From NCBI GenBank assembly GCA_964057225.1, contig OZ059900.1, positions 13,640,001 through 13,704,000 on the forward strand: 64,000 nucleotides of DNA. The letters run 5' to 3'. Positions 51,561 to 64,000 of the stretch are shown piece after piece (position 1 is the first letter of the stretch; each line of letters opens with the position of its first letter). The translations under genes were made by a program, and so were the position numbers. Origin of the DNA: Auanema rhodensis. Lineage: Eukaryota; Animalia; Nematoda. The notes beneath the pieces are model-generated. The model saw only the letters and a list, made by a program, of their open reading frames with translations. It was not told the DNA's origin and did no database searches.

Positions 51561-54533
51561 TGGATAGGCTGTGATAGGAAACGAAAAACCGATTGATTCC
51601 AAGGATATTCAAAAACATATCTTTTTTAAAATACTATAAGTTTTTTTCCGATAAAATGTCTTAAGATGATGCCATAGTTAACTTTAAGAAATTTGATTGA
51701 AAAAGTTCAAATTTTTTATTTTCAAAAAAAGAATGTGCAACAACAACAAAGACAACATTATCAAATAGAAACATATTGGAAAATCGTATCTTTATTGAAA
51801 CCATTCACATAATAGAGAAAGGTGATGAACTGTTTGAAAATTTCTTTTATGAAGCAAGAAGATGAAGCTAGAGCTGTGTTTGGAAATGTATATTGCGTTT
51901 AGGGAAGAGGAAGTCCTTGGATGATCTGGGTTGGGTGACTTGTCCTCTGAATGTATTTCAGCATTTCTTCTTTACATGCTATTTTCTCGCACTCGGTGCC
52001 TTTTTCTCAACCTGTCTCCAGGTCTATCTTTGGCGTAAAAGAAAAGAAGAATACATCTATAGCTTATCTTTTTCTCTTCTTCTCTCCTGTTCTCTTCATC
52101 CTGTCGATCAACGGCCGCGCCGATGAAGTCGACAGTCATCGACAGCAAAGCTGCAGCCAGCCGATTTTAGACTATGACACTCGCTAGCGTCTGGGTTGCA
52201 TGTTGGATGGCTGTTGCTGCCAAAGACAGGTTCATGGTAAAAAGCACTTTCCACACTTTCATCCACATCTTTTCAGAGCGCTTCCCGGCCTTTCCATAGA
52301 TGACCTTGGGCTTAGACACTCTCCCTCTTCTCATTGGTTTTTCGGTCGTCTTTATTTTTTCGCTTATGTGATCAACGTGAAACTTTCTTCCAAGTGAACG
52401 TGACACACACTTTCAACAAAAACGCAAACAACACACGTCTGGGCTGGAAAAAAAATATAAATATCAACTCAGATCCACAGTTTCATTCCTGATGTTTGAG
52501 ATGAATTGGTCTTGAATTCTAGATGCTGCGTGAAAACGTCACATAGAATAATAAAACAAAAGTTGAGCAATTAAATCAAAATTGCACATAACTTAATATA
52601 ACCTTCATACAATCAGAGGAATGCAACATTGAAAGTATGTCTTCTAAGGAACATAGAGATGACTTCATTTATTGATTAAATCGAAAAAATATTCTTATCC
52701 GTTATCAGTAATGAGCACGATGAACCTTGTATAACTACACAAAACAACATCTATCTTTAGCATTTGTTTTTCTTTTTTTTCTTCTTCTGTTCATAATGTT
52801 ATTTGTTTTTATAAAATATACATAATTTAAAAAAAAACATAGGAAAAAAGGTTCAGTAAAAAGGAAAAAATGAAAAAGTTTTACTAATTCAATAATTAAC
52901 ATCTAAAAACTGATACCAAAGTAACAAAATAAAAACTGTTTGTTTCTTTTCTTCGAAACGTTAATGCATTATAGTCGTTTGTCCTGAGAATTACCAAGGT
53001 CCTTTGATAATCAAAAATATTAACCGGTTCAAAAGTTTTCTCACATCAATAATGTTATTGAATATACTAATAAACACTTATTCCGGATAAGTTTGGCTTT
53101 TTTATGCTTTAATTGACAATATAAACATTTTTTTAAATTTTCTAGAATTTTTGAAGAAATAGAAACCTACAATAATGCGAAAGTTTCATGTAGATAATCA
53201 GCACATGGAACCCACAGAATATTGAATACGAGTCTTCTTCCAAATACAAATATGATTATATTCAGAAATCGAATTAATTATTTTTATACTTGTCCAGCAA
53301 TTTACTTCATAATAGCTTTTCATTTTAGATTTCTGGTATATTCGCTTTTACCGTCCCCGACTTATATCTTAATAAAAATGGAAAGGAATTTCTATTCTTG
53401 CATGTGAATAAAACTTTGCTAGTGTGGGATAAACCTATTCACATATTGCTGGATGACAGTCCAGGCGGCAAACAGGTTTTTTGTTCTATCTAACACTTCC
53501 TACGAATTTCTGTTTCTCTAATTCCTATTAGTTTTTACCCATATGCCATAGCTTCTTCTTTCTTTCTTTCTTTGACGTCTTTTTTGGTGTCTTTTCTCCT
53601 ATTTTCTTTTCACGTGTCACCTCTCCTCTAACAATCTACCTACTCTCTCAAATTGGTCATATATTTTCTGAATTTTGATTCGTTTCCATATTCACCAAAG
53701 ATGAATTAGAAAATACTGATCATAATAATCGAAAAGAATAATAAGCCCCTTTTCTAAACATTTCTTTTAACTTACGAAGCTATTTTTTTTAAAACACATT
53801 AAGATATATATTTTTGTTGTAGAATCCAATGAAACTTTCAATTTATATATTAAATAATTTAAAAAATAACCTGAAAACTGAAATAATTGGCAGGTGGTCT
53901 TCATTCAAAATCAACGTCTAGTAACAATGATTGAATTGCTTTATGCTTTTTTTGACTTTTTTTTTCTTGTAGTAACAGTCGCACCTTTTAGATATTTAAA
54001 ATTCCAATCACAAATTTTAAATTTTCTAAAAATTTAATATTACTTTACTTTGTTTAGTATATTTAGTATAGATAATATAGTTAGTATAGTTAGTATATCT
54101 AATTTTATTCATGTTTTACCAAACTAAAGTATATTATTCTCGAAGTTTTTGTATTTAGACATTTTTCTAGTTTTTAAACAATCTTAAAATATCATGAAAT
54201 GTTCAAATAAAGCACTTAAAATAAAGTAATTCTTTCATCTGTTTATATTTGGCAGTTTAACTAGTTATATAGAACTTGGTATTTTTTTATAAGTCGCCGT
54301 TTTTCACTTTCTATCAATGTCACGCCTTCTGCGCATCTATTTTCTATTTATTTACAAGAAGTTGTTGAAAGATTTTCAGTTTTAATTTTTTAATTTTCTT
54401 TCAAATTTTAACAATATCGCCCGAGTTATAAGCTTACGTAATTGTAAAAACATATATAAAACTATTTTTTTGAAAAATTAGTATTGTATACGCAGGTGAT
54501 CATTATTATAATATGCTTATGACTTTTAGGCTG

Positions 54534-56723
54534 ATGATTAAAATTAATCAAACAATTCGCTGCTATATACTATGTCTTCTAACATTTGTGATTAGTGAGG
54601 AAAGCTCGCAAAAATCAGCAGACACTGAAAATCTAGCCTCATCAAGTGTGTCGGATGAACATTCTGCATCAGAATTGAAAAAAAATATTTTATTCATTAT
54701 GGCCGATGACTTAGGATTCAATGATTTAGACTGGAAAGATGAAAAGTAATTTTAAATTATTCAAATTTTGAAAATTTTGAAAATTTCGGACTGTTCACTC
54801 CAAATCTGAGGGCATTGCTGAACCATCAATACAGCGTGGAACTAACTAATTCATACGTAAATCAGCTGTGCACGCCGTAAGTTGGCTTATTTATCAATTA
54901 AGTATAATTGTTTTATCATTTTAAAGCACAAGAAGTGCTTTCATGACAGGATATTATCCATTTCGGATGGGCACTCAAGTACGTTCATGTTGTTTTCCCA
55001 GCTAAACTTCGAAACAACTTTCATCATGTTGTATTTAAGAGCGGAGTTTTTCTTCACATGGAACCAGCCGGCGTACCTGTTATGTTTCCGTTTTTACCTG
55101 AAAATTTGAAGTCACTTGGCTATAGTACATACATCATTGGGAAATGGCACTTAGGATACTGTCGAAAAGAGTTTTTGCCTACAAGCCGTGGATTCGATTA
55201 CTTTTATGGGTTTTATGGACCTCAAACTGGATACTTCAATCATAGCGCTGGTCAATTTGTCAGTTGTATAGTATATAACTTTATAATTATTTCCAGATCA
55301 ATATCACCGTGATTTGAATCGCGTAGTGCGAGGCTTAGATCTTTTCGAAGAACATGATGATGGTACTAGTGTTCCGGATTTCAGTAGGAATGGCATTTAC
55401 TCTACAGTAAATATTAAGTATTTAATTTCGTAACGCTAATTTTTGTCGATATTCAGGATTTATTTGCTGATGCAACTATTGGAACTTTAGCTAATCATGA
55501 GAAAAAAGATCCGTTTTTTATGTTTTTATCATTCCAAGCCGTTCATCCCCCGTTACAAGTAGGATCTGTATCACATAATAGTAGTCATTAGTAGCAAGTG
55601 CGCTCTTTAAGGTTCCTCAATCATATATGAAATTATGCAGTGGTATTAAGGAACGTCTGAGGCGAATTTATTGTGGTATGGTTAGTTTTTATATTTTTAA
55701 GTTTGTTTCGACATGGTCGCTAGCTGTGCAAAAAAATTAAAAAAATCAAAAATAATGAGCATGATGTTTCTTTTTTGCCAGGAATGCTTGCTGCGATGGA
55801 CGAATCTATAGGTAAAATAATTGATTTTTTGAAACAACGAGATCTATACGATAATACTATTATTGTATTTACCAGTGACGTAAGGTTTTATGAATAGCAA
55901 TTTACTTTATGTTACTTGTTTTAGAATGGTGGGACACCGCAGTTTGGGGCCTCAAATTTTCCCTTACGAGGGGAAAAAGATACTTTGTGGGAGGGAGGAA
56001 CCAAAACAACCACTATAATCCATGCCCCTCACTTAATAAGAGAAAATGGAAAAAGACCACAGTAAGCAGTTTCTGAACAAAAAATAACTCACGCAATTGG
56101 TTTTGAAGACTATTTCATGTTGTGGATTGGCATGCAACGTTGCTAGCCGTAGCAGGATTGAGTTTAGACTCCTATGGTGAGATATATCAATTTTTGAAAA
56201 ATAATATACTAATTTTAGGAGACGGAATTAATCAATGGGATTATATAGTTTCGGGTGTCCCAAAAATAAGACGATATCAATTTATTTACAATATTGATGA
56301 TTATGGTTCTGCAATCAGGTATGTTGTATTTTCACATCTATTTATCTACTATTTAAAGAGATGGTGATTATAAACTTCTATACGGAAATCCAGACAGGAA
56401 ACGTCGAGCTGACGCTTTAAAAATAAGATTGTACAACGTCAACAGTTGGTCTTTTAGAAATTTCACTTTAAATAGAATATTTTTTAGCTGATCCATCCGA
56501 ATCTAACGATATATCAAAACAGAATCCTAAGATTGTTCAGCGGTAACAAATATTTTACAAATACACGTCAAAACTCAATATTTTCAGATTATTGGCAAAA
56601 ATCAAAAATTTAAAAAAGTATATGAGAAAAAACGTCCGGCGTCCACTTAACTTAAAAGGCAATCCAGAAGTTTTAAATGGAAGTTATTCCAGTTATTGGT
56701 GTATAGATGATAACAAGCATTGA
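54534..56723 (+). CDS. sul-3: Arylsulfatase (ARSB-like)
   Basis: [17 protein letters not shown], active-site LCTP|[13 protein letters not shown] (CxPxR), [41 protein letters not shown]; stop TGA at 56721-56723. Confidence 0.9.
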
Positions 56724-57364
56724 ACTTCAATGTTAGATTTTCAAAATTTGAGTTATGTATGAAACAATGCAAATTCAATTTTTACTTTTCTTATATGTTT
56801 GTATATAAACTAATTTGTTTTTTTTTGAAACCGGATAAAATTGAACTTCAATTCATTTTGTTTAACATTATCACATAAATGCTTTTTTCCTTTTTCCTCG
56901 TTTTTTTTGGTAGCTCAAATTTTTACACAACTATCTTCTGTGAGTTGTAAGCAACTGTCTGTTCATACTTCTTAGAATTTAGAAATTTGAGAGCAATTCT
57001 CGCAGTAAACGTTGAAAATCATTTTCCGTGGGTCATAGTAGCTTTCTGATCAACGAAATTGAATAAATCAATACAAATAGCTAGTATACATAAATAAACT
57101 AACAATAGCAAACATTTACTTAAAAATATAACAGTTTTTTTAAAAAAATTTGGAAAAGAAACAATAAAACGATCATTAGGCAAACTTTGAAAAAATCTAT
57201 AAACGAACAACAATAGCGAAATACATCAGACAACATATTCATCTTTCACTAAAAGTGGTAAAAAACAAAAAAATCAAATTTAAGTCTTTTCTATTGTCAA
57301 AAACTACAGTAAACAAAATGCTTTTCATTAACTTTCATTGAACTAATCAATAAAAGTTAGAATT

Positions 57365-57386
57365 GGGGCCGGGGGGAGGGGTAGGG
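57365..57386 (+). other. Canonical G-quadruplex motif
   Basis: GGGGCCGGGGGGAGGGGTAGGG in AT-rich DNA between two convergent genes. Confidence 0.75.
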
Positions 57387-57749
57387 ATTATGAGTTCTTC
57401 ACGAAGCCGTTATGAAAACAAAAGATGTAAAAAAATAACGGTACAATACGCTAACAATTTTTTGAAAGCAAGAAAAAAGAAAAATTGTTAGAATATTGGT
57501 AAATGGAGGTTCAATGATTGCATTACTTTAAAAAAAATAGAATGGCTTCAAACAGGAGTAGTATCATACGAGATGAAACGATTCACATAATCAGTTAGAG
57601 CCAGTAGGTTGTTTAATCATTTTGTTAGAATTCGCTTAGAGCAGTACAGGCGCTTGAGTGTACCTTCTTTGCTGAAATGAATGTTATGCACTCTGTCTCG
57701 GCTGACAAACACACCACAACATTCTAAATGCCAGATTGAAAAAGACAAC

Positions 57750-60700
57750 TTATGCCGTCTGCTGAGCAAGAAGCTCTTCTAGAGGTACGGAGTTTCTCTT
57801 GGAATCCAAATAAACTTGATAGTGTGGAGATTCCTAATAAAACAAAACATTTAAAACAAACTTCATGGAACTAACCTTGAAAATTCTGATTTTTCTTTGC
57901 AAAGAACGAGCATTCTCTCTGTATGTATTGTTAGGATCTTTAACCATGGCCTGCAAGAAAAATAGATTTCTAGACATCCGCTAATGTGAAATGAATTTGT
58001 TTTCACGGTTTTAGTGCACCTCATAGTTATCTCCATGTTTATCCATTAGTCTTGAGCAGAATAATATGTCCTGTGGGAGAAGTTTATGGAGCCGTTCACG
58101 CATAGTAGGAGTCTGAAAATTTGAATAAAATTGTTATCTTCAACATCAATTGGAACAGAATCATTCTCTATCATTTTTTAGTATTCTAAGCTATTTCTCT
58201 AGTTTTCGTTTCATACAAACATTAAACATTTAGTCAGTTTTTTTTCTAATTTGAAATGCATTTGTTTATTCTGATTAAGTGCAAAAGTCTTTACAAGCTT
58301 TTCAAATGCATTGCAAATATAACATACTAATTGTTTCGTTATATTTCAAGAAAACCATGTTTCAACACTCGAAAGCTGCGTTTTAAATTTGTTTTCAGAA
58401 AATCTTTTTTCTTGAAATATGTATAACTAACTACTGGTCTTGAAATGTTCTGTATAGGAAGTGGAGTTACAACATTTAGAACAGGTGTGGCAGATCTTTC
58501 ACGCTCCGAAAACTGAATTTTTTGTGACAGCTGTAGTAATTGAGCATCGATATGAAGTTTCTAGAATGTGAAAGTGTAACATAAAAAAATTGCTGAAAAA
58601 TAAATGATCTTTCTTAATATGCAATTACCACTAGAGGATCTAATTGATTGTCAATTTTTGCTGCAACTTGAGTTGCTAATTTCTGAACATTTTCCAAAAG
58701 TTTTTTGTCAGATTTGTTTGCCTTGGTTTCGATTTCGTTCACATTATTTTCAGAATCAGCTAAAAAATATCCATAAATGCACTTGATTAGCAAATTAATT
58801 GGTAATAAAGTTGGAGTGAAACACATACATTGGTTTTCTTTATCAGAAATGCTGCTAGTTACTTCGTACACTTGAACTGGTGGTGACACCTCAGTCTTTG
58901 AAAATATGAATAATACACCGTGAAAATACTGAAAAAAATACCTCCTTAGGAGCAGATTCCTTAGTGGCACTGCTGTTTTCTTCCTTGTTCGATTTTTCGC
59001 ATTTGGGAGTATTTTTCTGAAATATAACTAGCTTGAGATGAGATTAGCTATCATATCAACTTTGGAAGAAGTTTTTTCTTTTTTGTTTGAAGTCTTGTTT
59101 TGCTCAGCCTGGTTGACATTTTGCTTTTTCACCTAAAAGTTTAAAATCAAAAAATGACTTTGACAAATGAAAAGTTTACAGTAATCTCTTCTTCAATAAC
59201 TGGGGTTTGTTTAGATGGCTTAGTAGCATTCGTTGTTGTATCGTTTGGAAGTTGTTCACTTCCGTTTTGGGATTTCAAAGTATCGTTGTTGGAATTGTTT
59301 TTCACTTTTCCTGAAGTTTTTTCTTGCTTCTTCTCCTTCTTAGAATCTTTTTTTGTGAGAATTGGTTCTGCTTTCTTCGACTGAACAGGAGTGGCGGCTG
59401 GCTTAATCTCTTTTGCTTTTGAAACCTAAAATTAAAATGTTCATCATCACAAATAAGTTAATATATTAGGTGGTTGCATTGTTCCCCTGCCCCCCCCCCC
59501 ACCCAACCCCTTAAAATAGTAAAAAAAACATATTTAGCGAAAAGTTTTTATTTTTTTTAGTATTGTCCTTTCTTCTCAATCACTTTCTCCCATCTCTGTG
59601 TTAAACTTCTGATTCCTTTCCTGAAAAAAACTTTATTTTTTGATTCAAAAAAATTTTTAACAAAGCCTTCAACTTCCTCAAAGTTTTTGAAATTTTCACC
59701 CCTCAAACTGTGTTCCATAGACCTAAACAGATGGAAATCTGTTGGAGCAAGGTCTGGAGAGTAAGGGGGGTGTTTCAAAACGGTCCAGCCAAGCTCCTGA
59801 AGCGTTTGCTGTGCCTTCGCACAGCAATGAGGGCGAGCGTTGTCGTGCAACAACGCTATACTTCTGTTCCTAAGCTCCTCTCGGGCTTCAATGTTAACAC
59901 TGAGCCGTCTGAGTTGCTCAGAATAATGTTCTCCATCTATGGTTTTACCGTAAGGTAAAATCTCATAGAAGAGAACTCCGTTTTCGTTCCAGAAAACGGA
60001 CAGAAGTGCCTTTTTGGCTGTTTGCGGGTTGGCCCTTGGGGTCATCGGAACCGATTCTCCAGGGTTAACCCAATACTTAGCCCTGTTTGGGTTGGAGTAG
60101 AGAATCCACTTCTCATCTCCAGTTACCAAACTTTTGAAAAAACCCCTTTTTTGGCTCAATTTCAGAAGATCTTGAGCCAAAGAAACTCTTGACCTGAGAT
60201 TACTCTCAGACAACAGATGTGGGGAAAATGGGGAGAGCTTCTGAATTTTCCCCATTTTTTTCAACCGTCGAGAGACAGTTGCTTTGTGAACATTCAATTG
60301 GTTCCCGATTTGAAGTTGTGTAGCTCCAGGAGTGCAATCGAGAACCTTTTGAAGGTCACAGTTGCTGAATTTTTCAGCAGCGCCGGGTCTTGGACGATCT
60401 TGGAGATCGAACTGGCCAGCTCTAAAGCGGCTAAACCACTTCTTACATGTTGTATACGATGGAGAAGAATCTCCGTAAACAACTTTCATTTTTCTGAAGG
60501 TTTCTTTGGCAGAGATTGTTCATAGAAAAAATAGTTTTTTCAAATGTAAAGTTTTAAAATTTAAAATTTTTTTATTGTTATTATATTTAAAAATATTCTA
60601 ATTTTTAAATTTTGTATTTATTTTTTTTTAATTTTGTAAAATTAGCATAATATTCAATTTTTCTCAAGGGGGGCAGGGGAACAATGCAACCACCTAATAT

Positions 60701-61029
60701 TTCAAGTATAAACTCTGAAAACAAAATATCTGAGATACTAACCTGCTTGATTTTCTTTTCTACAACAACAGATTCGCAATCGTATTTGCTTTCTTCTCGT
60801 ATCAAGACAGATGAAGAAATCCTAAAAAGACAAAAAAAATGTTCTTTTCTATGTGTAAATAAGAAAACGAAATTTCCAGTCATTTTTCTCAAAAATTATC
60901 AAGATTGATTAATATATACCATTGTTTCATTTGGTTTCTCAAAGATTTTTGGGATTTGCCGAGATTTTTTCGCCTGTTCACATTGTTGACAGAAGTGTGT
61001 GGTCGATTAACAGCTAATGGTGATTTCAT
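57750..61029 (-). CDS. Nop16-domain protein with long Lys-rich linker
   Basis: C-terminal LLPQDILFCSRLMDKHGDNYEAMVKDPNNTYRECSRSLQRKIRIFKESPHY matches the NOP16 motif 'MV..HGEDY.AM..D..N.YQ.T..Q.R.KI'. About 11 exons from MKSPLAVNRPH at 61029. Confidence 0.72.
59466..60697 (-). mobile_element. Mariner transposon in intron 2 of the Nop16-like gene
   Basis: ~30-bp perfect TIRs TTAGGTGGTTGCATTGTTCCCCTGCCCCC with TA at 59464-59465 and 60698-60699; length 1232 bp. Confidence 0.97.
59557..60489 (-). CDS. Mariner D,D34D transposase (N-terminus apparently damaged)
   Basis: VTGDEKW, LLHDNARPH and HPPYSPDLAPTDFHLF, with 34 residues between the 2nd and 3rd Asp; HTH region with DRPRPG; 310-aa open frame. 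Confidence 0.95.
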   Translation of the reverse strand: MKVVYGDSSPSYTTCKKWFSRFRAGQFDLQDRPRPGAAEKFSNCDLQKVLDCTPGATQLQIGNQLNVHKATVSRRLKKMGKIQKLSPFSPHLLSESNLRSRVSLAQDLLKLSQKRGFFKSLVTGDEKWILYSNPNRAKYWVNPGESVPMTPRANPQTAKKALLSVFWNENGVLFYEILPYGKTIDGEHYSEQLRRLSVNIEAREELRNRSIALLHDNARPHCCAKAQQTLQELGWTVLKHPPYSPDLAPTDFHLFRSMEHSLRGENFKNFEEVEGFVKNFFESKNKVFFRKGIRSLTQRWEKVIEKKGQY

Positions 61030-64000
61030 GTTGGAATAGTTGAAATCTGTTTACTAATACTTAACAATCTGAAAAAAATGATAGATTTGAACTTATAATT
61101 CATGTGTCGAATGCTAAAAAAACGGGAAGAAAGATTTTTCAAAAACTTTTTCAAGTTTATTGTAAAAGATGGAAAATACAAGTTTTTTTCATAATATGAA
61201 AACCATGAAAGTCAATTATCATATCAAATTACATTTGAAATCACAAAATACTATTTTTGCAACATAAGATTAGTGACGTGATGAATTTCACTGATAAGAA
61301 AAATGATAGTTTGCTATCCGTTTAATTACTAATAAAAAGTTTTTCTATAAATATCTAAATCGTAGGTTTTTCAAAGATAATGAGAAGCTTCTATATTTCA
61401 CTATATAGATTATGATTACATTTAGAGATGAAATGACTTTTTTAAATTTTGTATGAAGTGATAGTAATCCAAAAGAATTACTTAGGTTCTTAAAAAATGA
61501 ATACAATAATGAATAGGTGAGTGAGATAAAAATAGAAGGAAATGAGAGTTTTATAATAATTTTTGTTAAAACATCTCTTATCATTAATAACTAACAATAA
61601 AAATAAATAATAAATAGATTAAAACATTAAAACAACACTTTAAGCGTTAACGCCTACTCATAAGAATATATAAATAAATTTATCATTTTAGTCATTTAGC
61701 ATACTCACTTTATTTATATACATATTTAGTATATATATATATATATATATATATATCATATCTTTCATTCATTACAAATAGTATTCAGGATTTAGAATCA
61801 GTTCTGACTGATAATACCAACATATCTCGATATCTATCTTTTCGCCCACCTCACATGCACACAATAAACATTTAACCGTTGATGAAATGTTCGTTTTTTA
61901 ACTTTTTTTTTCTATTCTCTAAACATAAGAGTATGAAGAGAAGTTAAACAGTTAGAATGACAGACATTTAATGTCAACATAACTTCGTTATTATCCCGTA
62001 GTAAAACATCAGCCAGAGAAACGTACTCAATTAATTTACAAAATTATCTAGTGCAACGAAATTGATATTAAATTTGAAATGTATCTCTGGATCAGATAAA
62101 TATGATATATGATTAGAAATAATAACATTGTTCTAATGATCAGAAGATATCAAATGCGAGCACGGCGTAAAGAAAAGATAATCAAAAGTATGTATAAAAC
62201 AAGATGGAATGATATCTACGTGAAGACCTAAAAATAAATGATGTTATTTCCTAACTATACGTCATTGGTTCTGAGACGATTTTCTAGAAAGGCGCGAAAA
62301 ATGATTTAAAGAAAGTTTATAGTGCGCGTAGGAGAACAATAGCTGTTACTAACTGAGTTGCCTGAGAGAGAAATGAAAAGATGAAAATTATCAGAGTTTC
62401 TAAGATGTCTGAATGTAATGCTCGCGAAACGCATGCTGCGACTTGTTTTACTGCGGTTAGCACCAAACATTAGGCAGATGATGTAATTTCTAATAAATTT
62501 TTCTGTTTTGTTTTCTCCTACTCTCTTCGATTTAGTCTTATTCCCTGTTATCTCATAGGCTCTACTCTCTTTCTCTCAAACTAACTTTTCCGTTTATTGT
62601 TCGTCCACGCCGTCACAAATACTCTTCTCTCTAGCCTCATTTCAACTCTGGTCTCTCTGCAAACATAATGATATTTCAAAACATAATAGCGTCAGAAGGT
62701 TTTAATGTTTCTTCGGCATGCGGTCTTCTTTCTATATCGACACTCTTCTCTCAATTTCGCTCTTTCACCACCAGAGTCTATTTTCCTCTCTACATGCAAT
62801 CGGGAAATGACTAAACAGATAGATTGAGCGATTACATACAAATTGAAGTATTTTCATGATTCGTGTGGCAGAAGAAATGAAAAAAAAATTCTTTCGAAAA
62901 AACAAGATAACTAAAAATTATTTTTAAAAGTTTCAGAATATCTTTGCTTTTGCCGAAAATATTGTTTTTGTAATTAAATTCGATGAATTTTCCAATGAAA
63001 TATAATAAGTATGAAGGAAAAAAATAGAATTTTGTCCCTTCGCGAAAATATAAAAAATATAAAAAATATAAAAAAAAGAATAAAAAGAAAAAAAACTGAT
63101 GCATAATGTAAAATATGTTTATCGTGAAACGTTTGCTTTATGATCATCAAGGGAAAAAAACGCAATAAATATTTACTTGCTCCAGGATTTTGACATAGTC
63201 GGGATTAACAACTTATTTTGACACTATTGAAATTATATAAAAAATATTAAGCAGACGTGTGAGAAATAAAAAGGCGAGTTGACTGCCTGCAAGGTGAAAA
63301 ACCAGTAAAAATGTTAACCAGAGAAAAAAGAAAAGAAAGATTGCAAGAAAGTGTACGAGGCATACAAAAGCGATTAGAGAATGAGAGATAGAAAGAGAGC
63401 AGCAACAGCAGCGGCCAGTGATCGATGAACGTTATTCGCATGCCTAGACGAGGCAGAGACACAATTTTGTTGACAATGTATGAAAAATGTGATTTGAGGT
63501 TTATGAAACCTATTTACAACAACGAAAACTTTTGAGAATTCATTATTCTAGTTAATTCAAACATTCGAAAAAATCGCGAATATATATGGAAAGGATGTGA
63601 AGACAAATTTCATATACGAAAATGTTGTTATTCTCAATCAGTACTTGAATATATAGCTTCTTTACAACAATTCACTTGTTTTCAACTGTATCTCATTGTT
63701 TTTGCCCTGTTGCTGTTGAAAAATGTAAAGATAACAGAAAGTCCGAAATCATAAAAATTAATGAATCAGTACAATTTCAATGTTTCATCTTATCTCATCA
63801 AAGCAGTCATTAATTAGAATTTGAACAATTTTATGAGATTTCATTCCAATTATGATGCACATTTTCGCTTTTTGTGATGAAATAATGAATAACTTGATTC
63901 TGGTTAAGAAATGAATTTTTTCGCAGATTGCCGAGATGTTAATTTATAACCAATCGTGTAATTCATTTAAACTCCTAACATTGGACGTTTAAGGACATTG

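Noticed and set aside
59710-60525. Plus-strand ORFs inside the mariner
   Set aside because: Antisense shadows of the GC-richer transposase frame.
1-64000. tRNA, rRNA, SL RNA genes and telomeric TTAGGC arrays
   Set aside because: None recognised by eye; a tRNAscan-SE/Infernal run would be needed to exclude them.
61100-64000. Gene in the final 3 kb
   Set aside because: Only AT-rich and CT/GA-rich non-coding-looking sequence; no exon chain could be assembled.

Overview
Eukaryotic, very AT-rich DNA with many ~45-55 nt GT-AG introns and (TTT)CAG/TAG acceptors, most consistent with a rhabditid nematode. The ORF track is therefore mostly exon fragments, and genes were assembled by eye. The window has two halves. 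(1) 1-~9.6 kb is a scrambled mosaic: Polinton/Maverick (adintovirus-like) remnants; the 3' part of a BEL/Pao LTR retrotransposon apparently followed by an intron-containing accessory ORF (three copies); two fold-back inversions with the same geometry; and an inverted, twice-deleted near-identical genomic copy of part of the neighbouring huntingtin locus. A mariner deletion derivative (9787-10449) closes this block. (2) 10.7-64 kb is ordinary gene-rich sequence: huntingtin, a decayed LINE, an AT-hook/chromo/chromo-shadow HP1-like gene, a CX-module gene, a MAM-domain gene, RBFOX (fox-1/asd-1 family), a GH25-like lysozyme, an 8-finger Ikaros/Hunchback-like factor (ztf-16-like), an arylsulfatase (sul-3-like), and a Nop16-domain gene whose intron holds a near-complete D,D34D mariner. 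Best leads: the intron-bearing BEL/Pao accessory gene, the fold-back mosaic with antisense huntingtin, a FOX-motif cluster around a frameshifting fox-1 exon, and a non-AG splice acceptor in the sulfatase. Family calls come from remembered motifs, not database searches, and most internal exon boundaries are approximate.
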